NCBI RefSeq assembly: GCF_006345805.1
Contig: NC_043005.1
Coordinates: 85,932,001 to 85,996,000, forward strand
Source of the DNA: Octopus sinensis
Lineage: Eukaryota
DNA: 64,000 bases
Direction: 5' to 3'
The notes under the pieces: model-generated
Database searches by the model: none
Seen by the model: the letters and a program-made list of their open reading frames with translations, nothing else
What the model was told of the DNA's origin: nothing
Made by a program: the position numbers and the translations under genes
Shown: positions 38,359-52,000 of the stretch, in pieces
Layout: every line of letters begins with the position of its first letter
Position numbering within the stretch: the stretch's first letter is position 1

Positions 38359-38510
38359 AGACGCAGGAGTGGCTGTCAGGTAAGTAGCTTCCTTACCAAC
38401 TACATAGTTCTGCGTTCAGTTTAACTGCATGACGCTTTGGGCAAGTGTCTTCTACTATAGCCTCGGGCCGACCAAATCGTTGAGTGACGGAAACTGAAAG
38501 AAGCCTGCCG

Positions 38511-38578
<68 letters not shown>

Positions 38579-38791
38579 TGTGCGTGTGTGCGTTTGTCCC
38601 CCACCATCGTTTGACAACCAATGGCGGAGCGTCTACGTCCCCGTAACTTAGCGGTTCAGCAAAACAGACCGATAAAATAAGTACTAGCCTTACAAAGAAT
38701 ATTCCTGGGGTCGATTTGTTCGACTAAATGCGGTGCACCAGCATGGCCGCAGTCAAATGACTTAAACAAATTAAAGAATAATAGAATAAAA

Positions 38792-38795
<4 letters not shown>
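38359..38795 (+). mobile_element. SINE group B, full length
   Basis: All modules present; tail GCGGTGCACCAGCATGGCCGCAGTCAAATGAC. Confidence 0.9.
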
Positions 38796-38869
<74 letters not shown>

Positions 38870-39233
38870 AATATATAAATATATATATTACGGAGATGTA
38901 CTTGCATAGTAGGTAACCTGATCTGAGATCGTCTGCTGAAACAAAAGCAATTGAAGCATGGAAGGTGTTTATAAGCCATTTAAATCAGACAAAACAGGTT
39001 AGATTCACTTGAACATTTAAATTTAATTTGCCAAAATGTATTCGTCGCTTTGAGACCGGGACAAAATTCCGTACTGCACATACACACACACATACACCCC
39101 CCACACATACACATATGCTCAAATGTATATTTTCATGCATAAATACGTATATGTACATACATACATACACACACACACATACACACATATATATATATAT
39201 ATTTATATAAGAGAACAAAAGGTACGTACGCCG

Positions 39234-39294
<61 letters not shown>

Positions 39295-40100
39295 CAAAAT
39301 GGGACAAGAACGCAAAACATTCAGAAGACGATACAAAAAACCCGGACGGGTCATTCGAAGCCTTAAATCTTCAGTCAAGAACCGGATCATCCTCGCAATT
39401 TCAGCTGAACAGCCTCATAATACATATGAAGCTTGTGCGAACCTGAGACGTGGTGTGTTTCTTCATCTGCGCTGTAGATTATCAAAAACAGTTTATAAGT
39501 AGTTTCATAAAAGGGACTATTTATGGAGGAAGACTAACAGACATTATCGATAAAGATATATTTGTCATTCGATCTTCATTAACAAAAATCAGAAAGAAAC
39601 ATTTGTCTGATCACAGCTTTCATTTTTGCAAACTTATTTCAGACATTAAACCGTTTGCGGGATTTCTTTTGTTGATCTTGCGCGCTTTAAATCACCCGTT
39701 TTAAAACACATCGACCTTCGATTAGAGCTAATGCAAACCACTATTGCAAGCAAATGGATGAGAAATAAGCAGTGGAAAAGATGTAGTATATCTCGAGAAT
39801 TTTAAAATCACTGCATGGTTCCCATCCATCTCTATCTACACCCACACGAATATAATCTGTATCGTAAATATATAATCAGGTCTAATTTCGCTGTTTCTCC
39901 GTGGATTGAGAAAATTGATGGACAAACTTAATCGATTCCCGAATCTTATTGGATTCTCTTCAGAGATATCTGTAACAATTTCACGAATCCTAGAGAAACA
40001 ATCAGCCATTCTGTTTATATTACTCAACAAATACAGTCGTTACAAAAAAATTAGAGCTACTCATCTGCACACCGTAAGTGTTAAGGTCTTATTAAATATT

Positions 40101-40320
40101 TGGAGGTGCATGGTTTAGTGGTTAAGGTGTTGAACTCATGATCGTAAGGTTGTGGTTTCGAATCCTGGATCGCGCGATGCGTTGTGTTCTTGAGCAAAAC
40201 ACTTAATTTCACTTTGCTCCAGTCCACTCAGCTGGCAAAAATAAGTAATCCTGCGACGGACTGGCCTCCCGTCCAGGTGGGGAGTTTCTACGCCACTGAA
40301 ACAGGGAAAACGGAAACCGG
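40101..40320 (+). mobile_element. SINE group C, third tail type
   Basis: A box TGGTTTAGTGG, B box GTTTCGAATCC, tail CCTGCGACGGACTGGCCTCCCGTCC. Confidence 0.85.
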
Positions 40321-42294
40321 AAACCTTATTAAATATGAAGGAGTCTGTCAGTGAGGATTTCGGCCCACAGTATCAAGGCATGATATACGTAATCTAATTT
40401 GCGGGTACATAAACGGAGCTAGTTTAGCTGTTTCTCCGAAGATTGGGAAAACATTATAACAACCTTAATCGATTTTGAATCGTATTAGATTCAAATCAAA
40501 GACATCTACATCACTTTGACCAATCCCAAGGAAACAAACAGCCAATCTGTTTATATATTCAGCAATTACATTGGCTATCGAATATCTGGAGCTACTAATT
40601 TGTATAACAACAGGGAGCTCTGGCCATACAAGGTATGAATGAATAGATATACTCTATATAGTAATACACAATATTCTGTAATTATATGTATAAATATAAT
40701 TATAATTAGGGGTCAGTTAACTGCTTCGCCACGTACTGAAATTAGAAATTGAAGCTAATGCCATTTCAACTACCGAGACAATAACACACATTTTTTATGT
40801 AGGCAAAAAGAAAAAATGATGAATCCACAGGACTTCCATTATTGAGCATGGTTGAAACGATATCTTGTTTTTAGAATCCATCTTTCTACTTTTGTGTGTG
40901 ATGTGATGTGTGTTTGTGTGTGCATGAGTAATTTTTTTCTGTGTGTTTTTGTGTGTGTGTTTTTGCGGGTGTATGTTTGTATATGTGTGTTATGTGTTTG
41001 TGTATTTGTGTGTGTTTGTGTACTTTTGTGTGTGATTGTGTATTTATGTGTGCTTGTGTATTTGTGTGTGTGTGTGTATGTGTGTGTGTGGGGGGGTGTA
41101 TGTGTGTCTTTGTGACTGAGAGAGAAGCTTAACAACTTCTCTTGTAACTTGGCTGTTTCCGGAAGCTAGTGCCTAGCCTGTTGTTATGCAAATTAGTAAT
41201 TCCAGATTTTCTGCAGCTACTTAAAGCCTCTCCACTTAAAACCTCTCCACTCATGGCTACGCCATAAAGGAAAGAGTAGTCAATTAGATTGCATCTATGG
41301 AGCTGCAAAGGATGCCAGATATTCATTAAGTATAACCGTATAACTGTATAATTACATATACATAGGCGTTAGGGTCCCTCGTTCCGGATTGCTGTGATGA
41401 CCTTACTCAGCTATTTTTAAGCGCAGTATATATTACCTCAAAAAGGCAGCCGGGGTTTTATTATTATCCGAGTAGGCATGGTGTATATAGAGTGAGTCCG
41501 ACTCTCTCACGCTCCATTGATTCGGTGCACACACTGTGTCATGATCCCAGTAGTTATCGGGATCCAGGGTTTGTATGGGGTCAACTTCTGGGCATTTACA
41601 AAAACTAATCTCTCGAGGGTCGGTTTGGTGGAATGTTAGTGAGTGGCAGTCTTCGAGGCAATTATGTGACATATTAAGTAATCAATAGCTAGGATCCGGG
41701 CAGATGATACTACTCCGGGTCATAATTGACCTGGGAACAATAGTGACCGCGAAGTAGTCCCACATGCCTCAAAATCCTGGAACTCCCAAACCAAGGTCCA
41801 AACGCAATATACATCGACGTAGAATCATATACTTATGGAAAAAATGTCCTTTGACTTTATGCACTTTTTAGAGCAACCAAGACATAACCACAAACGATCC
41901 ACCAAAGAATAATCAAATACAGCAATATATCAACCAGGTGAGTAGAAAGGTAAATAAGAATATGTTTTTTTTTTATTAGAATCGTGGAAATGTTTGAAAT
42001 ATGAGGGGAATTAAAAATGGATGCATTCGTCAAAACTGACACCGTATCGGAATAACATCATTTCAGTAAATAAAGCACAAAAGACTAATTAAACTAAAAT
42101 GAAACAAGCAGCCGATCCCCATCTGGCTTCAGACATGCTAGATGAAAGGACACACTTTAGATCTGATAATTGCCACTAAAGGTGGTGCGTCTCTAAAATA
42201 GACATTAGCAGCCTGGTGTATGATGCCGAAACAGATACGAGCTAGAATATCAACGCTATATCCTTTACACACGGCACTCCAGAATATATATTAG

Positions 42295-42690
42295 TTTCAA
42301 ATTGTGGAACAGGTCTAGTGGTTTCGTGTGAGGGGGCTTGTCGATTACATCGACCTATGTTCAGCTGGTTCTTGTTTCATCGACCTCGAAAGGACGAAAG
42401 GCAAAGTTGACCTCGGCGCAATATGAACTCAGACCGAGAAATACCGTGAATCGTTTTTCAATACCAGAATATATAGTCATTTCAAATTTTGGCGCAAGGC
42501 CAGCAATTTTGAGGGAGAGCTAAAGTCGATTGCATCGACCAGAATGTTTAACAGATACTTATTTTATCGACTCCGAAAGGATGAAAGCAATGTTGACCCC
42601 GACGGAATATGAACCCAGAACGTGAACACAAACAAAAGGTCGCTAAACTTCTCGCCCGGCGCGCTAACGATTCTGCCATTTAGCTGCCTT
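42295..42690 (-). mobile_element. Two decayed group A SINEs
   Basis: GTCGATTACATCGAC and GAAAGGCAAAGTTGACC motifs occur twice. Confidence 0.75.
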
Positions 42691-43059
42691 TACATCAGAA
42701 TACATATTAAAAGAGAAAAAAGGCTGCTAATTACCTTCGTGTAAGATGCATTATCAAATGTATGCAACGAAATTCAGTAAAATTATTTAAGATTATGGTA
42801 GAGATTTAGTTTGAAAATGACTCAGGAGCCTCGGACTAGTTGCAAAGGAAAGAAAAAAAATTACCAGAAAATTGTCTGACGTCACTGAGAAGGCGATTCA
42901 TTACATGTGGCTCAAGAGTGAAGAAGAATGGTGCAACAAAACGAGCGCTGAAGGTGATAGAAACATTTGGCTCAGAGTCACAACATTTGACACAAGAAAG
43001 CTAATGTTGTTGTGCGGCACCTTTCAGAGATAATTTTTCTCTCGGCCTATTTCTACATG

Positions 43060-43618
43060 AGATTGCCCGCCCCCCGACCTCTGCTTCTCGTCACGACTGC
43101 CAGTTCTTCTACTGGAAAAAAAAACAACTGACCGAACCAAACCCCAAATATTTAACCGGTCCTTCCGTCTAGCGCCCCAATACCTTATTGGACGGTATGA
43201 AGCTGTGATTCCAGGTGCTGAGATGCAAAGACCATTTCTTTGCTACTTTTGGCTCCTATCCCCTCCTCGTAATCTTTTAGAGCAGTACTAATCGAGGATG
43301 TACGCTTGGAGTTGGAAACTATGCCGATGACGTCGTCCGCTTATGCCGACAAGGTTCTCTATGGTCCATGTTCATACAAGATCCCGCTCAACGCTTCCAG
43401 TATCTGCTGTAGTGGCTCTAGAGTCAGTGTTTACAGAAGAGACGAAAGCAGACATTCTTGGCGGATCGACCGCATGATGTTGAATAGTTTCGATAGGTCA
43501 CCATTCACTCGAAGAACCAAATAGATGTCGTTGTACATTGCGGCAATCCAGCCACGGAAAACGGGAATAAAACCAACCGCTTTGAGAACGGCTAAGAATT
43601 CTTTCCACTCTACCTTCA
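43060..43618 (-). mobile_element. Tx1/L1-like RT fragment
   Basis: GFIPVFRGWIAAMY...RVNG.LSK.F.I.RSIRQECLLSSLL..L.LEPL...*ADDV (decayed QG and YADD motifs)...GPVKYLGFW. Confidence 0.85.
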
Positions 43619-43654
43619 ACATCTGAAATTTTTTTAGGGTGTTTGGGGTTGTCG

Positions 43655-43830
43655 ATTAAAATAACCCCCAGTGTAAAACTGGTATGTATTTTATCGCTTA
43701 CAAAAGGATGAAAATCACTGTTGACATCGGCGAAATTTGAAATTCGACATCGTAGAATTTGAACGTAAGCACAGACGAATTACCGCGAAGCATTTTGTTC
43801 AGTGTTCTAACGATCCTGCCATATTGCCGC
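43655..43830 (-). mobile_element. Group A SINE, decayed
   Basis: AAAGGATGAAA, GACGAATTACCGCGAAGCATTT. Confidence 0.65.
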
Positions 43831-43835
43831 TATAA

Positions 43836-43836
43836 C

Positions 43837-43894
<58 letters not shown>

Positions 43895-43964
43895 TTAATA
43901 ATAATAATAATAATGATGATGGTGATGATCATAATGATGATGATGATGATAATAACAGTAATGA

Positions 43965-44012
<48 letters not shown>

Positions 44013-44060
44013 CAGCAGCAGCAGCAGCAGCAGCAGCTGCAGTATTAATAGTAGTAGTAG
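43836..44060. repeat. (AAT)(GAT)(AGT)(AGC) compound microsatellite
   Basis: Direct inspection. Confidence 0.95.
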
Positions 44061-44971
44061 ATGAAACGGTTTTAAAGAAGTATCGTTCAATTTACTGAAA
44101 GTTGGCCATGTCAAAATTCGAATGCAATTCATTAAAGTTCAAATTTCATAATTTCTGTTTTTATAAAATAGTTACTTTACTGCCTAAAGTTTATATTAAT
44201 TTAATAGAATTTCGAAGCAACACAATAGATAAATTGGAATATAGAGTTGCTAATTCATTGTTCAAAATTGCGAAGGAAGTTCATTGGACAATGCTATTTT
44301 GTGACTGAATGAATATGATTGGCTAAATTGCTTTATATTTTTAATTTTTTCTTTTATATTTTAGGTTAATATCAAAGAAGATGTTTCGAAAATCTCTTTG
44401 AAGATATTTATCGTGTTCGTATTATTTTAATAAAGAATTCTTTACTTGTGGGTCATTAATGTATAAAAGATGCTTAACAGTGTTATACAATACCAATTTC
44501 AAAGAGAAGGTGATGTTACTTAAGTCTTAATCATTTTCATGGAAGTATTCCGAAGAAATGACAGCCAATCAGAACTCGTTGTTAGGTGATGACGGATGTG
44601 GAGGGGAATACGCTCGCGTAGCAGGATTGGAAAATTCCTCACATATAATCACTTCGCTGTTTCAGGTTCGTTTCCTTCCTATTCGAATTTCAAATAACGA
44701 TGGTGATTATCGCGCATCTAACTTTCAAGATATCATCTATAAATATGCGGTGATGTTCTGTTATGGATGCAGGTGTGGCTGTGTAGTTAAGAGGCTCGCT
44801 CTAGAACCGCGTGGTTTCATGTTCAGTCCCACAGAGCGACACCTTGGTGATCTCTCTTCTACTTCAACTCAGGCGAAAGCCTTGTGAGCAAATTGCTTCA
44901 TATATGTGTGTGTGTATGTAGTTATGTGTAGCTGTGTAGAACGTGTGTATGTGTGCACGTATGTTTGTGCG

Positions 44972-45336
44972 TACGAAGTTGGGTGACAATGTCCACAGGC
45001 TGATCATGAAGGAGTGATGCTAGAGCTGTGCTACCATGCATGCGTTGCTTTCACTTGCTCTTATTAACAACTGAATTGATTTTCTCCAAGTAAACTGACC
45101 TCTGACTGATTGAAGTAGCGACCTCTCTTGAAAATCGACAACATTTGGCATCGTAGTTTCTGCAAGTACCTGCAGAAAAGAAAAAAGGTAGCCCCCAAGG
45201 ACATCATACTGACATGGTTGCGATATTAAGGGATGACGTCCTAGCTTAATCAAAAGTGCAAAAGTAGGCAGCTGAATTGAAGAGGGAAAAGGAGAGTTCC
45301 GACGATGACCCAACATTTTGACGTTCTGCAATTTCC

Positions 45337-45374
<38 letters not shown>

Positions 45375-46227
45375 TCAGTATTCACCGCATGCTCACAGGT
45401 GAGAGGCGATTGACTATAAATCAAATAGCCAATGCTATTAGCATATCCCGTGAGAGAGTTGATAATATCCTGCACAATGGACTTGGCATGGTGAAGGTTT
45501 CTGCTCGATGGATGCCCTGTCTTCTGACATCTGATCAAAAGTGTGCCAAGCTGATCACCTCATAGAAAAATCTGATATTCTATGAGGCATATCCAGCTGG
45601 TTTTCTTAACTGTTTTCTAACACAGGATGAGTGTTGGCTTCACCAGTTTGTGCCAGAGACAAAGAGACAAACCATAGAGAGGAAACATCCCTCCTCACCC
45701 GCACCAAAGTAAACCATAGTCGTTTCATTTCCAGGGAAGGTGATGTTTTGGGGATGCAAAAAGCATTCTATTTATTGACTAACCTCAAAAAAGCCACTTT
45801 ATCAATGGACGGCACTGTTTCAACAGTTACAGACGACTATCAAAACTAAATACCGAGAAAAGCTGATTGAAGGAGTCTTGTTTCGTGCGGATCATACTCC
45901 AGAACGCAGGTACTTGGTTTCAATGGCTGCTGTGCGTGACTGTGGCTTTCAACTGGTTGATCATCCTCCACGTTCTCATTCTTTGGCCCCATCTTACTAT
46001 CATCTGTTTTCCAACATTAAAAAATGCTTGACTAAGCGCCTGTATCGCAGTGAAGATGACGTCATATCTGCTGTCGATGACTTTTTGGGCAACAGCATGA
46101 AGTCTTCTTCATCAACGGAATCCAGGCACAGCAGCACCAATGGAATATGTTCAAAAGTGAACCTGATTTGTCCACAGTCCACAAACGTATCTCAATCTGT
46201 CTTTAATCGGTTCAGCTGACCCTCGCA
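44972..46227 (+). mobile_element. Decayed near-full-length mariner (DD34D-type) transposon
   Basis: KYLQK..VAPKD, SARWMPCLLT (WVPRLL motif), FLTQDECW, FRADHTP (QDNAP), HPPRSHSLAPSYYHLF (YSPDLAP), ends EYVQK*; stops and frameshifts; degenerate TIR-like ends. Confidence 0.9.
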
Positions 46228-46638
46228 TTAATGGATTAATGGAAACTAATATTTGAAACTGAAGATAAAGAACAAATAGCTAAGGCACAAAATCACTCTC
46301 GCAAGAATTGTGGTTTTGAGAAATATTGATTAAACGTCGGCCACGTGAGGTGTGAGGGTGTGTTTGTCTCTGTGTTTATGTACAATATTCAGGAATTCTG
46401 AGTTCGTATGTATTATGAATGTTAGTACTATGTACATACATGTATAAGTGTGTGTCTGTGTATGTGTAAGTGTGTGTGTGTGTATGCGTGTGTGTATATG
46501 CGTGTGTGTATGTGTGTGTGTTGTGAATGAAAGTGTGTCGGTACACCGAATTAAAAATACACCAGATGGGTACTACTACCTCGCATGTAACGAGAGACAG
46601 AAAGGATGCGCTCGACGTTGAGAATTTCAGTTTATGGA

Positions 46639-46707
<69 letters not shown>

Positions 46708-46709
46708 CG

Positions 46710-46765
<56 letters not shown>

Positions 46766-47032
46766 GACTGTTTTGGAAATTCCCTGATACAGTTATAGTA
46801 TTTGGAGGGAAGTTTTTTTCTTAAAGAATTAAGATTGAGAAAAGAACCATTTCAGAATTTCGAAAGCCACAAACCTTTGGGAAGAGATTTCATAAAATGT
46901 GCGTGGGCTTCACTTTTATAGATGTGCAGGTGCTTTCAGTTCTTAACGTTTTCAAGCACGTGTTATTACGTTTTGAGATGTTATAAAAAGGTTCTTTTCT
47001 CAATCTTAACTCCTTCAGAAAAAAATCTTCTC

Positions 47033-47108
<76 letters not shown>

Positions 47109-47115
47109 CCCTCTA

Positions 47116-47470
47116 GTTTTAGTTCAGAGCTGCGGCCATGCTGATGGACCACCGATTTGCTACAATGTTATTACTAAGAGCCTCCTCTAATATGTGGCGC
47201 TTGGTGAAGAATGGAGTCTGATATAGCTACCCTCATTTGCACCTCTTGCCGTGAGGTAGGTTCATCTGGGACTCTCGACAGAAAGAGGTCTAACTTTCAT
47301 TAAAAAAACCCTATATCTACTTTGTGCAAGTTCCTCAGACTCTTTGGGAGAATATTAAAAGGCGTGGGCCCTTGAAATGCAGGCTGTTGAAGTAACTGGC
47401 CCTGAAGCGTGATGGCATTGCTGGGATCTTTGGCAGTATGCAGTGTCGTCCCGTTCTGACATTGGTGCAC
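47116..47470 (-). mobile_element. CR1-like LINE 3' end
   Basis: RTGRHC...FNSLHFKGPRL / FNILPKSLRNL...LDLFLSRVPDEPT; 3' UTR contains CAGCATGGCCGCAG. Confidence 0.85.
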
Positions 47471-47471
47471 T

Positions 47472-47510
<39 letters not shown>

Positions 47511-48316
47511 AAGTCAAATTGCGATGAAATAAAATTAATTATATATATATATATCACCTGAGAAAACACAACTAGATCTCATAATCTAGGGAAGTAGGGA
47601 AGCGGTTACATAACAAAATACCTGCAAACTCTGAGAACTGCATTGCGTGCAAACAACTGTACTCCTTCTTGTTGAGTCCAACTTATTCAATTACTATCTA
47701 ACGAAGCTTCACTAAGGAAAAGAGAGCAAGAGAGAGACCGAAAAAATAAAAATGTCCTACCTCGGAAAACTTTACAAAACATTTATTCTAATTCTTTCTT
47801 CAATTTATTTGTTTTTCCTCTTAATACCCACCATTATTTTACTCTTTCTTGAAAAAGTCGAAAAGACTGAAATCGGTACTAACCGTTACATTGTGTATTT
47901 CATAACATTATTTTAACATTTTCTGACTTTACTTATATACAAATATATATATATATATATATATGGGAGGGGGGGCGTGTGTGTATCTGTATGTATGCAT
48001 GTATATATATATATGTATATAAGACAAGGCAGAATATGTTAAATATTTGCATGTTTTTGAACTAAGAAATATATACACATTTTTGAAATATGTGTATATA
48101 TTTTAACCATTTTTCTATTTTTAATTCTTGTAGTCCTAGTTTGTAGTAGTATTATGTATATAAGTTAGCATGAAGTTTTTTAGTATATATTACTTAATGA
48201 GAATAAGATTTCAATTAGATGTTTATTAAATAATTAAATAAATAAATAAATAAATAAATCATTTAATGTATATAGATTAAATTATAGTATCTTAGTTTCA
48301 CTTAATGTATATTACG

Positions 48317-48378
<62 letters not shown>

Positions 48379-48631
48379 TGTTTTAACTATTTTGTTTTAA
48401 TTACTTGTATTTTAATTTCTATAAGCTAAAATATATTTTCATAGATAAAATAAATATTTATATCTATTAATTCTAGTTTTATTTACACCACGTTTTTAAA
48501 GAGATAAATTTATTATAAACACTAAGTCCTACGTATTAAGTTTAAAGATTTAGTTAACAGAATATATTTGATAAAATATTTCATGTTTTTATTTTAAGAT
48601 ATATTGTTGCATTTTGTTCGATTTTTATTGA

Positions 48632-49318
48632 AAGGTCTTTCACAAGGTCAACATAACATCTTGGTCACTTGACCTGAGTAATCACAGTGCCAGTTGTCTG
48701 CACTTTGCTGCCATCTTATTAATGTGTATATGAAATGTTTATATGTATGTGTCTGCATATATACATACATATATATATATATTTATATATATATATATAA
48801 TAGGGAATATGATTCCAAACTTACAGGGGAAAATTCAAATTTGTAATACTAAGTCAAATTTCACAATATATAATAAATGTATATAAATTAGAGAAGAACC
48901 ACCATGTAGCAATTCAAAGACGTATTCTTATATATATTTATATTTTCTTATAAGATAATATACGTACATTTATTTAATTATTTTAATGATGTTATTGTTT
49001 CTAACTTCGAGCTGATGAGTGACTATTTTGAAATTGAACTGATTTTACTGTTATCAGTTTGAACATATAGACACGAAACACGTGTAATCTATTTACTAAT
49101 TATATATTATTTATTCATTATTTCGTACTTTATTTAATTCTAGGTAAATGTTTTATAGTGTCGTTATTTTTTTTCTATATGGTATGATTTAAGTATATCA
49201 TTGTTGAATTGCTTCATGGTGGTTCTTCTCTAGTTTATATACATGTATTATATATTGTGAAATTTGATTTAGTATTACTAAATTGAATTTTCCCCTGTAA
49301 ATTTGGAATCATATTCCC

Positions 49319-49402
<84 letters not shown>

Positions 49403-49530
49403 ATACATACATATAAACATTTCCTATACGCATTGATAAGATGGCATTAAAGTGCAAACAACTGGCAGTGTGGTTACTAAGCTACTCAAGTCAAGTGACC
49501 AAGAAGTTATGTTGACCCTGAGAAAGACCA
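48632..49530. repeat. Inverted repeat pair of about 300 bp (48632-48925 vs 49205-49530)
   Basis: Both arms contain a CR1 piece, a microsatellite and a TAGGGAATATGATTCC block. Confidence 0.9.
49009..49090 (+). ncRNA. Type I hammerhead-ribozyme-like motif, probably degenerate
   Basis: CTGATGA 49012-18, helix II GTG/CAC with a long hairpin, GAAA 49075-78, palindrome ACACGTGT, GTA triplet; stem I only 2 of 3 pairs. Confidence 0.55.
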
Positions 49531-50075
49531 TGGGTCTTAGCTGCCTGGAATATTACTGTCAGCTATGGTTACCACATATTGCCAAACTAACTGCGGAGCT
49601 TGAAGCAGTCTAACAGCCCTACACTAGAAATATCGAAGCAGTGCAGTGGATAAGATACAAAGAGAGAGACTGAAAAACTACGACTTCATTCCCCGGATCG
49701 AAAGCTTAACGAATATGTAATAATCCGTATATATAAAACTCTAGAAGGGCTCATACTGAAAGTCGGCATCAAATCTTATACACACACTAGAACTGGACAT
49801 CAATGTGTTGTAGCAAAGGTACCTTCTACTCCATCTAAATTCAGGACCAGGTACTGCAATAGCGTATGGTTCAAAGGCCAACACCTCTTCAATGCCTTGC
49901 CACAAAAACTAAGAAATCTACTTAATGGAGATGTCCTAATGTATCTTTCCTGAGACATGAGGTACAGACGAGGGCAACCGAATCAAATTTCCTCATGCAC
50001 GAAATGGCCAGCAGCTGGTACAAAGGCACATGCAGAAGTGATGCTCCAGCATGACCGCAGCTGCATGGCTGAAAC
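49415..50075 (+). mobile_element. CR1-like LINE 3' fragment
   Basis: VMLTLRKT...LEYYCQLW...TRTGHQC...FKGQHLFNALPQKLRNL; 3' UTR GCTCCAGCATGACCGCAG...GCTGAAAC. Confidence 0.85.
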
Positions 50076-50179
50076 GAATTATATATATATATATTCATAT
50101 ATAGTCAAAGCCAACTTCCTATGGAGGGGTCTTCATAGGGCCTTGGGCCCCAAAATGACATTTCATGCATATTGAATTA

Positions 50180-52000
<1,821 letters not shown>

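Noticed and set aside
39355-39385. Minus-strand CTGAAGA...CGAAT as another hammerhead
   Set aside because: GAAA core is broken and helix II does not pair.
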